This document shows, one piece after another, positions 34,377 to 46,065 of a DNA stretch of 64,000 bases (positions are counted from its first letter, which is position 1; each line of letters opens with the position of its first letter). The DNA is taken from positions 248,001 through 312,000 of the forward strand of contig CBFDEM010000035.1 in NCBI GenBank assembly GCA_965603825.1, read 5' to 3'. This DNA is from Blepharisma stoltei ATCC 30299. Taxonomy: Eukaryota; Protista; Ciliophora. The notes below the pieces were generated by a model, which worked only from the letters and a program-made list of their open reading frames with translations, was not told where the DNA came from and searched no databases. The translations under genes were made by a program, and so were the position numbers.

Positions 34377-37300
34377 ATGAACAATTACCACTTTTATGAA
34401 GAAATTGGCCGAGGGAAGTACTCAGTAGTTTACAAAGGTAGAATCAAAAAAACAATCACGTATATTGCAGTAAAATCGGTTGAAAAGTCTCGCCGTTCTA
34501 AAGTTCTTAACGAAGTCCGCATCATGCATGAATTGGATCATGAAAACATTCTAAAATTTTTTCAATGATACGAAACTCGAAACCATCTCTGGTTAATGTT
34601 TGAGTATTGTCCAGGTGGTGATTTATTAAGTCTGATTGACAAAGACAAGCAACTCCCAGAGGCCACTGTAAGGCAGCTTGGCAGTGATTTAAGAGATGCA
34701 CTTTATTATCTTCACACTCATGGAATTATTTTTGCCGACTTAAAGCCATCAAATATTTTATTCAATGAATACGGAGTTGTCAAGCTCTCAGATTTTGGCT
34801 TGGCCAGAAAAATCAACGATGTAGACCCTGACAAAGAGGGAAGAAGAGGAACGCCTTATTACATGGCGCCTGAATTATTTGAAGAAGGAGGGGTTTACTC
34901 CTACTACTCAGATTTGTGAAGTCTTGGGTGCGTTTTATATGAGCTAGCTGTAGGAAACCCTCCGTTTATGTCTAACTCTTTTCAAGACTTAGTAAGCCAA
35001 ATCTTGACAAAAGAGACACCAGAGGTAAACAAGTGTTCTCATGAATTTAATGACCTATTAGGAGATTTGTTACAAAAAGACCCAGCGAAGAGAATTACAT
35101 GAGAAGAACTACTGGTACACCCATTTTGGCAGCAGAGAGGTAATCAGCTAGAAGTGGTTTTGCCTGAGCATTCAATGTATGAGGAATATTTAAAGCGCAG
35201 AGGAGTACAACAAAGGATGCCAACTGTAGCGCCTTCTCCTACAGCTCTTGACCATTCAGTCGATATTATGAGGATTTCTCAGACTATTCAAAGAAATATT
35301 TTGAGGGAAAGCCAAAAAGGGAGCTATAAAAATAAAGAAAAGCTGGAAAACGGCGACTTTATGCTCCAAAGCAAAGACCAGGTGCTAGAATTCGGAGAAA
35401 AAGCCCAATCACAAGGAACAGAAAATGCAGAGAATATGGAAAGCAAAGAAGAAGACCTAAGGGTTTTCCATCAAAGATCAAACAGTGCAGCCCAGCCAAA
35501 TACCCCAGCAATTAAAAACCAATTTAAGCCTCTTCCGATAGATCAGCTTTTAATCCACAACACAGACTATTCAGTAAAGCCAATTATTGAATCTCGAGAC
35601 TCATCAACAGTTGTTGATGTCAGCACAAGCATAGAGTCCATTGAGCCCTGGACTCCTGAAGAAGCCACCCAAAAAGTGGACAGTTCAGAACTTGAAAACC
35701 ATTTAAGTGAAGTTTATTCTCAGCTGAGCAACAATATCAATTCAAAATCAAAACTCTCACTTTTGGGGTATCTTGAATCACTTATCACCAGCTCTCCAAT
35801 GGCGAATAAATTAATAAATAGTGCTTTTGTGTCCCTTTTGCTGAAACTTTTGAGACTAAAGTCGTCAGAAATTAAAGCCAAAATCTGTTCAGTGTTTGGG
35901 CAGCTTTTGCGCCACGCAACTCTAATAGAGTCTGAGCTTGCTCAATCGGGGCTTGCTCAGTCATTGGCAGAACAGCTAAGAGACCCTAAAGAAAATACTC
36001 GTAGAAAAGCAATTGCAGCATTAGGGGAATATTTATTTTATGCAGCCACTCAAATGGATGAGGAAGATAGTGACCCTGTATGAGATATCAACAGCTCTTT
36101 AATTTCAGTCTTAATAAAGCTTTTAAAGCCAAATGAAGATGAAACAATGAAGTACTACGCAACAAGAACAATCGAAAATATCACTGCTCAAAGTAAGCGT
36201 GCAGGACTAATGCTTGCAATACCAGTAACATTCAATTAGGAAGTAGCAATCGCGATGGCAACTGGATATTCACAGTCAAGGTCAGAACTCCTTAAAAATT
36301 CAGCAGCTGCAAACTTATGCCACCTGGTAAGGCTGAACCAGAAATTATTTAGGGAAATCTATGAAAGGGTTTTGCCTTCAAAACAATTTTTGGCTGGCTT
36401 GTCTGATGGAGAAGGGATGGTTCAGCAGGCTTTTTTGACGATTGTTTGTATGAGCTTGCAGAATAAAGAAGTGATTTTTAGTGATGAACAGCTGATTCCA
36501 ATACTTGTGGGATTATTAGAAAATACTGGGATTGTAATAAGAGGAAAAGCTCTTCTGGCTATTATGTTTATTGTGAAGCATTCAGCTGAGAACCTGCTAA
36601 CTTTAGGCAAGACGCGGTTTTATCAGTTTTTAGATAGGCTTGCTCGTGATAGCTACAAATATGTCCAATGCTGCTTGCACCATTTATTAGATTCAATTGC
36701 AGAATCGTCCATGAATATAATCAAAATGGCTCTGGAAAGCAATTTTAGTTGGTTTCCAGCGCTTTTACCCATTTTTAACTCAACTTCTGCAAGATTCAAG
36801 CTCCCTTATCCATCTCTTATCAAGTCTTTATCAAACCTGTTGTCTTTAGATCTTGGAAATATGAATGCTGCAGTTATTGAATTAACGGAAAGCTTAAGTA
36901 CACACTCAAAAGCACTGCAAACATATTCCGAGTCAGTTTTAACCACTCTTCTCCCAACCCTATTATCAATTCTTGATCGAAGTACTGACACACGATTCCG
37001 AAGCCTGAAAATATTTTCTGATATCATTATGCCTTATTTATTTGAAGACGACATTTATGATCCTACAAACCTGAATAAATACTCAACAAAGCTGATGAAT
37101 GAGCTCTTGGTCAACCAGCTGATGCCATTATATGGACATTTACTTGAAGATGATGACCCAATTCCTTTGTACTCTTTAAAGCTTTTGAGCGCAATTGTTG
37201 AAAGATGTGGGGCTTATATTGGAATGATTAAATCTCAAGGCTTGATATCTAATTTAATTACTCATTTTGAGCCTGGAGATGCAAAATTGAATATTCACCT

Positions 37301-37850
37301 GATGCAGATAATCAAAAAAGTGATTGACAGCAAAGAAATAACCCTTGATGAGCTGCTGGGATATGAAATTATAGGAAGACTGAACTCTGTAATGCCTTAT
37401 ATTTTAGCTCAGGACTGGTGCATTGAGACTGCGATTGATATTTTATATGAACTCCTATTTTTGATTGCCAGTAATTCAAGAGATAAATCAAACCCACCTC
37501 CTCAGACTTATCCACTATTGGATAACCTAGGAATCTGCACCAATTTTCTAAGATCACAAGACCCTGCAATTTCCGAAAAGAGTGCTCATTGTTTGCTGCT
37601 TATTTTGCAATTATTTTCTAAACAAATCGCAAAGCATTGCACAGCTGATCAGGCTCAATCGGTTATGGATATTTTGGTATTTGAAAAGCCAAGCCTGCAA
37701 AAGAGAGCTCTTAAAGTAGTAAAGCAGCTGACAGAAAATGGGTGTATAATCCATGGGCTTCAAACTGTTATTGAAAAGCTCAAGGAGCATGATGATGCGG
37801 AGGTTGCAGAGTATGCTCAAGATGTGTATAACTCTCTTTGTGGTAATTAA
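34377..37850 (+). CDS. ULK4: ULK4/RUNKEL-family kinase with HEAT/ARM repeats; one intron
   Basis: MNNYHFYEEIGRGKYSVVYKGRIKKTI, FQ-W-YETRNHLWL, FADLKPSN, SDL-W-SLG, LGEYLFYAATQ; TGAs at 34566, 34917, 35100 and 36081. Confidence 0.9.
36225..36239 (+). other. 15-nt intron
   Basis: gtaacattcaattag; removes an in-frame TAG in ULK4; A at -6. Confidence 0.88.
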
Positions 37851-38129
37851 AGAGATAAATATTAATGCAGAGTTAAGAATGGTATTTATTTAGTAAAAAA
37901 TTTAATTACAAGAACATACAGAGATATCAGCTTATTTTAACTGGCTAATAAGAAATAAAATGGATCCTTTTTTATTTTTTGATATTCTTTAAGGTCTGAA
38001 TACTATGAGTTTTAAATAGTTTTATTATTGCATTTATATCTGGAAACCCCACCTATTGAGTTCTATTTCTAATTTCCATGTTTAATTTCTTTTTCTTCTA
38101 AATATCTACGCCCTCTAAAAAAGATTATT

Positions 38130-39122
38130 ATGGAAACACCAATCATTGAGGGTTCATGCCGAGAGCGCGATATCTCTTACAAGTTTATCACCGAGCACAC
38201 AGAATTAAGCGAACTTGAGGCAGGCATTCCTTATAGAGAATTTTTTTTCCACAGCAAGGCAAGGGACAAGGAATTAGAATTCCGAGTATTGAAACGAATC
38301 ACAGAAACTCGAAAACACGCTGAATGCCTTGTTGAAAATTCTGCCATGACTTGCTCTATGAACCGCTACGCCGACATCCTTCCATACAAAGACACATTAG
38401 TCCACATCCCGGGGTACTCTTATATCAATGCAAATTTCGTGGACGGTGCGTGTGCTGGCTCAGAGCAATTGATTATTGCGACCCAAGGCCCTCTTCGTCG
38501 GACAATGGAAGCTTTCTGGGCCATGGTCTGAGAATATGAGGTTTCCCTCGTAATCATGATGTGCAATTTATTAGAAGAAGGAGTCGTAAAATGTGAGGAA
38601 TATTTTCCAAGCGAAAATAATATTTCCTGCGATGTCTTTGAGATATCATTAGTGAAAAGCACAATAAAATACCCAAATTTAACTGAAAGAGTATTTATTA
38701 TAACACATACGCCGACACAAGAAAATAGGATTATCACGCATTTGCAAAGCACAGCTTGACCTGACCAAGGAGTCCCTCCGCTTTCTGAGGAATTTAGCTC
38801 GATAAATTATATGATTTCTATGATTAAGAAAAAGTGACTGGCAAATAGATCGAAAGTTCTTGTGCATTGCTCAGCTGGAATAGGAAGAACTGGAGTATTG
38901 ATAGGAATTTTTAATGTTGTCACTGCGTTAGAAGAGCTATTGGAAAAAGAAGCTGAAGATGAAACCACAGAACCAAGAGTTTCTATTTTTGGGGTTGTGA
39001 GAAGATTGAGAGAGCAGAGGTGGGGAATGGTGGCGACTGTTAAGCAGTATAAATTTATTTATAAATTCATGGAGTATTGAATTACTTCATTTCTGTCGCA
39101 CCAGCAGCAAATTGGACAATAA
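38130..39122 (+). CDS. Classical protein tyrosine phosphatase
   Basis: NRYADILP, YINANFV, IATQGP, FWAMV-W, W(TGA 38757)PD loop, VHCSAGIGRTG; TAA 39120-39122. Confidence 0.93.
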
Positions 39123-39275
39123 GCGTAGCCTGTATTTAGTAATTTATATTTTCCTTATTAATTAAAATTCTTATAATATATTTATTTCTGCATTACAAAT
39201 TTTGGGCTCCGCTATAAGCTATATATAAGTAAATCTAGCTTACTTATTATTTTATAAAGATTATTATGAAAAAAG

Positions 39276-40475
39276 CTATTTTAATAAATTAGACTGACTT
39301 CGAATGTGCATAATTTGTTTCCGTAAATTCTCTCTCTTAATTTCTGCGTTTCTACATCGCATTTTTGCAGATTCAACGTAGGCTTGTATATTTTCCAATT
39401 CTTTTTGATATAGGATTGGAGTTGCACTTCCCACACTGCCTGTCCCTTCTAATTGTCTCCTCAAATTATTAATTTCAGCTTGCATTTCTATTTTTTCTTG
39501 CATAAGTTTTTTAGTTTCAGCATCTCTGTCAACTGAATTAAAATGAAAACCAGTTTTTTGAGCAGGCGCATTTTCTTCTAATTCTTTTAATTCATCCTCC
39601 AGACAAGGTAAATGGCTAAATCTCTCCTCATCGAACTCCAATGAAAGGCTGTGTGATTTTTCTCTTGGAGACATCAGCTGCATAATTCGATTTGAGTATT
39701 CATTGGCAAGCTTCAATTTCTCTTCTGACGCTTGCCGAATCATTGAGTTTCCTTGTTCTTGAATTTCTTCAAGCTCTGCACTGAGGATAACTATTTCTTT
39801 TGCCATTTGATTTTTCTCGCTCTCCAGCTTTTCAATGCATTTTTGTAGTGATTTTGATTTTTCTTTGGCATTTTCTTCAGCCGTGCTCAGTGCACCCTTT
39901 AGTAAAGCGATTGAGTTCCTGAGAGATGTCACTTTGCAAGACAAATGCTCATTTTTGTTCTTTAAATCCTTTATTTCCATAGCGCTAGCATGCAAAGACT
40001 CTTCTCTTATATGTTCTTGCTCTTTATAGAGCCGATCAATTTCTTTATCTTTTATGATTAACGATTTTTGGTAAGCTTTTACCTCCTCTTCAAGATTTTT
40101 GTTTTTGTCGAGGAAAATATTTAGTGTGTCTTGGATTTTTAAATTTTCTTGCTCTAAGGAGCTGAATTTTGCTTGCCATGTTTGAGACTCCAATCTTAAG
40201 GAGTGCTGATTTGATTTAAGCCTAGATATTTCGTTGTTTAGATTTGAAATTTCGAGATCGAATTTATCAATCGTCGATTTCTTATTGCTTTTTTCAAACT
40301 TCAAAAGATCCTCTAGTTCCATAATTTTCGCATCTTTGATTTTTATAGTTTGCTCAAGTTTCCTTATTTCTGAAGCATAAAGCTCATGATTTCCTCTGGT
40401 ATTTTCATCAGAATTAAGCTCGCGATCCGGGCTATTCTTTTCATCTACTGAAGTTTCACAAGTTTTATTTTCCAT
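39276..40475 (-). CDS. Coiled-coil protein
   Basis: 399-aa heptad-rich ORF. Confidence 0.75.
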   Translation of the reverse strand: MENKTCETSVDEKNSPDRELNSDENTRGNHELYASEIRKLEQTIKIKDAKIMELEDLLKFEKSNKKSTIDKFDLEISNLNNEISRLKSNQHSLRLESQTWQAKFSSLEQENLKIQDTLNIFLDKNKNLEEEVKAYQKSLIIKDKEIDRLYKEQEHIREESLHASAMEIKDLKNKNEHLSCKVTSLRNSIALLKGALSTAEENAKEKSKSLQKCIEKLESEKNQMAKEIVILSAELEEIQEQGNSMIRQASEEKLKLANEYSNRIMQLMSPREKSHSLSLEFDEERFSHLPCLEDELKELEENAPAQKTGFHFNSVDRDAETKKLMQEKIEMQAEINNLRRQLEGTGSVGSATPILYQKELENIQAYVESAKMRCRNAEIKRENLRKQIMHIRSQSNLLK

Positions 40476-40612
40476 AATTTTAGAAACAATGGCGAGTTAA
40501 TATAAATTTTTAAAAAATTTATATTTAAATGCATAACTAAAAATTGAATTTTGGCTTACTAATTAAAAGCTAAATTTTGAAAACATTTTATTTGTCGCTT
40601 AATTTTGGGAGA

Positions 40613-42199
40613 ATGGAAGAAATCAAAAGAAGTAAGCACAAACTAATATCAGCATCCCATACAGCTGTCAATTCATTAGCACTTCCACTGGTACAGGTAT
40701 CTCACAAAGCATTTTTCAAAGGGACAAGTGTTTTCGCACAATGGGTTGACAGTGCAATGAATACTTTGGATAATGCTACCAATGAAAGTTTGTCATGGGT
40801 AAAAAATATATAGCTTAGTGGAGGCATTAGGAGTTTTGCAAGTAAAGCAGAAATGACAGCACATTCAGGAATTGCCAGCAGCTACGAAACTTGGGTTAAC
40901 AGCTTAACATCTCTTAACTCATTATTAGCAAATGAAAGAGTTCAAGTTGAAAATTACTTCAGAACGAACGGTATTGATCTTGAAAAGTCATTGCTTTCCT
41001 CAGAAAGCTGGAATTTAATGGTTGATATTTATAAGTTTATCAACTTATATAGGCAAGACCTTCCAAATATTTCTATTATAGAATTTATAAGATATTTGCA
41101 AGCGTATACATCAATGCAAAATGCGGAAGAAAAAACTGTAAATAGATTCATTGAGTGGCTAGATGTAAAAAATGAAGCAGATTTGCTTGATATGCTTTAT
41201 TATAGGAAATATGCTATGGCAATTTATGGAAAAAATGTTATAAATATTCTTGTAGGCGGAAATTACCTTGATATTCTTAGATCTATTCCTGATCGCGAAA
41301 TATTTGCGCGGCACTGTGGGATTGAAGAAAGTGATATTTTTGTGTGTAGATTTTCTTCAGATAAATTTACCCCTGGGCATATTTTATCTGTTGACCATTT
41401 TACTAGGTCCTTAGTTTTAACAATAAGAGGAACTTATTCAATTCATGATGTGTTTACAGATATAAATGCTGAAAGCTGCGATTATACTTATATTGATCTT
41501 GAAACTCAAGCAGAAGTTGCAGGTGCAGTTCACAGTGGGATGATGACTTCTGCAAGCATTTTATCACAGATGCTTAAACAGATAGTTATTACTGAATCTA
41601 AAAAATTCGATGGGTATAATTTAATTCTCACTGGGCATAGCTTAGGTGGTGCTGTAGCAAGCTTGCTAACCCTTATGTGAAGCTCTGATCCTGAGTTCAG
41701 CCATTTGAAAATTAAAACTTTCACTTTTGGATGTCCATGTGTTGTTTCTAGTACATTGAATGAAATTCTAAAAGAGAAAGTTTTGACAACTATGCATGGA
41801 AATGATATGTTTACAGAATTCTCTATTGGCCATATACGAAATTTATGCAAAATTATAGAAAAATTAAAACAAGAAGAAGATTCTGGAAATATAGATATTA
41901 GCTGACTAATAAATGCTGGAGAAGATGATATACCAAGAGTATATGAGCTTTGGAAATTCATTTTTGAGAATTTACAAGATGAGGTCTTACAGCCTGCGGG
42001 AAAAATTTATCACTATTTTGAGGAAAAACGACATTTAGAAAATATTGTAATTAATAAGCCTGAAAACTTAAGGTTTTGTGGAGGATGGGCAATGTATGAT
42101 CTCTATTCTAAAATTCACATACTCAAATCCTCATTCAGAGATCATCGGCCAGATATCTATGAAGATTCATTACGCTGTATTTCAGAGAATCTTAATTAA
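40613..42199 (+). CDS. Class 3 lipase (DAG-lipase-like); one intron
   Basis: LVLTIRGT, VHSGM, LTGHSLGGAVA, TFGCP, GND, FRDH; TGAs at 41678 and 41903. Confidence 0.88.
40799..40813 (+). other. 15-nt intron
   Basis: gtaaaaaatatatag; removes an in-frame TAG; A at -6. Confidence 0.85.
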
Positions 42200-42237
42200 G
42201 CAAGCTTATGGAAAATTAAAATAATTTATTTCAAAAA

Positions 42238-43914
42238 TTAGCTGAGAACTATATCCAAAAATTTATTCCATTCAACAGGCTTGTGCCTTTGAACTGCTAT
42301 TGATAAGGTTTTTATTTTATTTACGACATGATCGATGTTATCGAATTTGGGATTGATAATTTCTGACCTCAATTGAGGATTAATTGGAATTCCCAATATC
42401 ATCATTTCTAATAGTTCTGTGTACTCAAGTAAAGATGATGATGCTAGTTTCCCTAATTTAAAATTTCTTTTCAGCCGTTTTCAAGTGATTCCTATTTCAT
42501 CATTTTCATCATACATCCTTGGGCAGAAATATCTGCAAATCCCTTTATCCTCTTCTTCTAGAGTTTTTAGTACAAGCAGGGATGGGATAATAACAAATAA
42601 TTCAGCGTCAGAACATTCTAGCTGCCGCTGAAAATTTTGGTATTTTTCTGAGATTTTTTCTATAAGCTTGTGGAGATATATAACTTTATTATACCTTTTT
42701 GAATTTAGTATATAGGCTTTTCCGCGTTCCCAGCTTTCTTCAAATTTAACGAGACCTTCAACGAGGTCTGGGTTATTTTTCAGCTGTGGATCAACTACTT
42801 CGATATTGATTTCATATTTCCGAAACAAAGCTCTTAATACAGTAAATGAATGTCTGATCTTATCAGCCAAGTTTTTAAGTGGGTTGTTCTGGGTCATTCT
42901 TCTAGATATTCCTTCTGCAGCAATTAATATATCAAGGGTAAGATCATCTCTGCCTTTTCCTTCTATATTGGCGACAGAGTTTATTTTCCCTAATATTTTT
43001 ACAAATCTTTCTCGGCAGTGATTATATTCTTCATTTTCAAATATTAATTTTCCTCTTGATCTCCCTTTTGCTTCAAGTAAGAGCATTTCTCTTTCAATGT
43101 CAATACCCTCAGTAATATATCTTCTTGCATCAGTCTCAATAACCATCAACTCATGAACATACAAATTCTCAAAATCTACCCAATTATTATCAAATTCTTG
43201 TAAGGCATTAGTTAAACACAAAATGACTTCTCCTACAATCCCTGAAGTTGTCTCTTCACAAATTCTATTATATATTTCTCTTAAATCTATTTGGAGTTTT
43301 GAAAAAGAGCTGTACAAATTTCTCCCAGCCTCCAAGACTTCTTGAGAAAATAAATACTTTTCCCCATTCACATAAAGGTAAGGAAATCCTTCCTGGGCAG
43401 AATCAAGAATTTCAGTAAGATAACATAAAAATCCTTCTCTATATAGTACTCTATATGCGTTAGAAAAGACTTTTCGATAGCTTCTCGATCTACAAAAAGC
43501 TTTAAAAACATCACAAAGCCTTTCTATTTGATTTAAAAACTTTTTACATGCCGCTTGGCCTTCTTCAGAATCGAGATCATACTTCTGATCGTCAGTCCTT
43601 ATGAGTTGAGAGCTGCAAATGACTGTATGCTCTAATAACAAAAAATCAGAACTTCTTCGAAACTCTTCAATGTCGCTTAGCGGCCTAGCAGGGGCTGTTG
43701 AAGCTCTGAGGGCTAGGTGTTTATTTGAGTATTCTTCAGTGGAGTTGAGCTCATCTTTTTCAGAAAAACTAGCATTACTGGAGTTTTCTTGAGAAGATTC
43801 ATATGAATTATTATTTATATCTGCTTCATGAAACTGGATATCATTTGATCTAGGGTTCACTTCTGAAGGGTTTTGATATATCTGATTTGGAGATTGCTGG
43901 AAGTGATTTTGCAT
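42238..43914 (-). CDS. Helical protein of unknown function
   Basis: Long ORF extended through TGA 42481 to TAA 42238; conserved-looking blocks CYLTEILDS..PYLYVNGEKY, INSVANIEGKGRDDL, VDPQLKNNPDLV. Confidence 0.8.
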
Positions 43915-44364
43915 TTTTATTAATTTCACAGATTTTAAGTGATTTTAAGATCAACACTCATGAATAACAGCCAAGAAATAATTAATACAATTACGATAAT
44001 AAATCATTCTACATTAGATAATCTGGTTTCTCTTGATCTGCTTATATAAAAATTATACAAAATGATTGGCTCTGGCTTTTAAGGAGCCTTGTTTTAATGC
44101 TAATTTGAAAATTAAAAATGGTCCTTTAGCATTTGTGAGCAATAAATAAATTTTAAGGTTTTATTAGACAAATTGTTAGATAGAAAATGATTTAATAGAA
44201 ATTCAGTCAAATAAAATTTGCAAAGCCAATTAAAGTACTAATTGCAATTAATCATGCTCTAAAAAACAATATCTTAAGGGTTCGAAATAATTTAATGTGG
44301 GTAAATAATTATCGGCAATTATAAAGGAAATAGCTTTTATCAATCTTTGTAAATTTCTAAAAGT

Positions 44365-44612
44365 ATCCTTTATGTAAAAGGTGCCCCAAAAAGCATCATA
44401 GAGAGATTCTCAAGAATTCATTTGTCAAATGGAGTTGATCAGATGACTCAAAGTATGAAACAAGATGCTTTGGAAAGAGTAGTTCCGATGAGCAAGCATG
44501 GATTTTAGTCATGATTTTTTAAACGCCAATAATCCTAATTGATGAGTGTCTCAAATTTTGGTAGACTCGAGATTAGAAGCAATTAAGCTATTCAAAAAAA
44601 AAGATACATAAT
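44365..44612 (+). pseudogene. Decayed fragment of a P2-type (SERCA-like) ATPase N domain
   Basis: ILYVKGAPKSIIERFSRIHLSNG...MSKHGF then TAG 44506; a shifted frame gives ILVDSRLEAIKLFKK, resembling DPPR.E..AI..C; no intact ORF. Confidence 0.55.
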
Positions 44613-44784
44613 AATTACCATTAGCTAACATAAACTTATTAAAACAAGAAAATAATTCATTGTGCTACTTCAGATATCAGCTTTAGATATATATAAAAAA
44701 GCAATACTCGTACCAAATAATGCAAGCATCAAAGGAAAAAAGTTTCAATTCAATAATTCCTAACTAAATATATTATTTGTGATT

Positions 44785-45231
44785 TTAAGCAGGCTCATGT
44801 CTATTCCCCTTTCCTTGTCTGCCTTTCTTGATGTCGCTCCTTTTCTTTTTTTCGAAAATTCTCTTATCCTTAACTTCATCCTCCTCTTTAAATATTTCAG
44901 TCTTTACTCTTATAATGACAGGTTTCTCAGCTTCATCAACCATCTCTTGAATCTTTTGTATAGCATCTTTTAAATTATGCTTTTGGTCCCTAAATCTTTG
45001 AGAAGTCACAAAAAGCTCTCCTTCTTTATTGATTTGGTTGTGATATAATTCTTTCAATCTCTCTTTTACATGCTCCGGAAGCCATGTTGCGTCATCGACT
45101 GAAAATCTAAGATCTACTTTTGTACTGACTTTATTTACAGCTTGGCCTCCAGGCCCAGAAGACCTGCAAAAAGAAGCTTCAAGCAGTTCTTGAGGCACTC
45201 TAATCATAAAGCGCCTGATAATCCTAAACAT
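44785..45231 (-). CDS. ICT1: ICT1/ArfB-type peptidyl-tRNA hydrolase (mitochondrial)
   Basis: MFRIIRRF presequence; RSSGPGGQAVNKVSTKVDLRF, WLP, INKEGEL, SQRFRDQ..N; basic tail. Confidence 0.9.
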   Translation of the reverse strand: MFRIIRRFMIRVPQELLEASFCRSSGPGGQAVNKVSTKVDLRFSVDDATWLPEHVKERLKELYHNQINKEGELFVTSQRFRDQKHNLKDAIQKIQEMVDEAEKPVIIRVKTEIFKEEDEVKDKRIFEKKKRSDIKKGRQGKGNRHEPA

Positions 45232-45234
45232 AAT

Positions 45235-46017
45235 ATGGAAGGGAGTGAAGTCAAGGTAAGAGTGATTCAATATTTTCTTCGAAACACTCCTGTAGGAGAA
45301 CTCAAAGAAGTCCTAAACGACTTAAAAGTGATCATTGGAGAAGAAATATTAGAGCAGGAAACAATTCAAGACACTCTTATTGAATGCTTAGCTTCTCATG
45401 GCGCAACTGTTTCTATTAATGACAGCCAAGCCATGCTCACTCTTCAAGGAAGAGCGGCAAATCGTTTCACCGATCCTAAGCTGTCAAAAAGCTTTATTTT
45501 CAACACCCATACTTTTGAAGCAGAATCTGTTGAAGAAATTGAGCCTCAAAACAGCAGAGCTCAAGCTATCCAATCCAAGCTTGACCAATATATCAGTCAG
45601 CATTTCTCAGAAACGGCCCAAGCCAGAGTTTTCAGCACAGAAGAAGGCTTTTCTATCTTTTTGGCTTCTCCAGTCTTGAACTTAAGAAATATGTGAACTG
45701 GAGAGTGGATCAGCAATTGAAAAATATCTGGCACAAAGTTAGAAGGAGACATCCATATAAGAGCTCACTATTTTGAAGAAGGAAACTTGCAATTGGACCA
45801 AAAGAAAGAATTCAGCAAAAATATTGTAGGAGATGACGACGAAGCTTTTTCCCAGGCTGTGTGTAGGGCTATTTTTGAGTTTGAAGACCAAGTGCATAGA
45901 GGGATGCATACTCTGTATGAGCAGATACCGCAAACCTGCTTTAAATCTATGAGAAGAGCACTCCCAGTCACCCATACCAAGTTTTCAGAAATCCATCGCA
46001 CCAAAATGCTGTCTTAA
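45235..46017 (+). CDS. F-actin capping protein alpha subunit
   Basis: FLRNTPVGELKEVLNDL, NM-W-TGEWISN-W (TGAs 45694 and 45718), AHYFEEGNLQL, FKSMRRALPVTHTKF. Confidence 0.92.
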
Positions 46018-46065
46018 GCTAATTAATTTACTATCAATATAAAATCAACGAGGTTTATGAAATTA

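Noticed and set aside
22733-45231. Two GGQ release-factor genes as a system explaining the nuclear UGA reassignment
   Set aside because: Both are bacterial-type mitochondrial factors (mtRF1 with PxT, and ICT1), about 21 kb apart; cytosolic termination uses eRF1, which is not in this window
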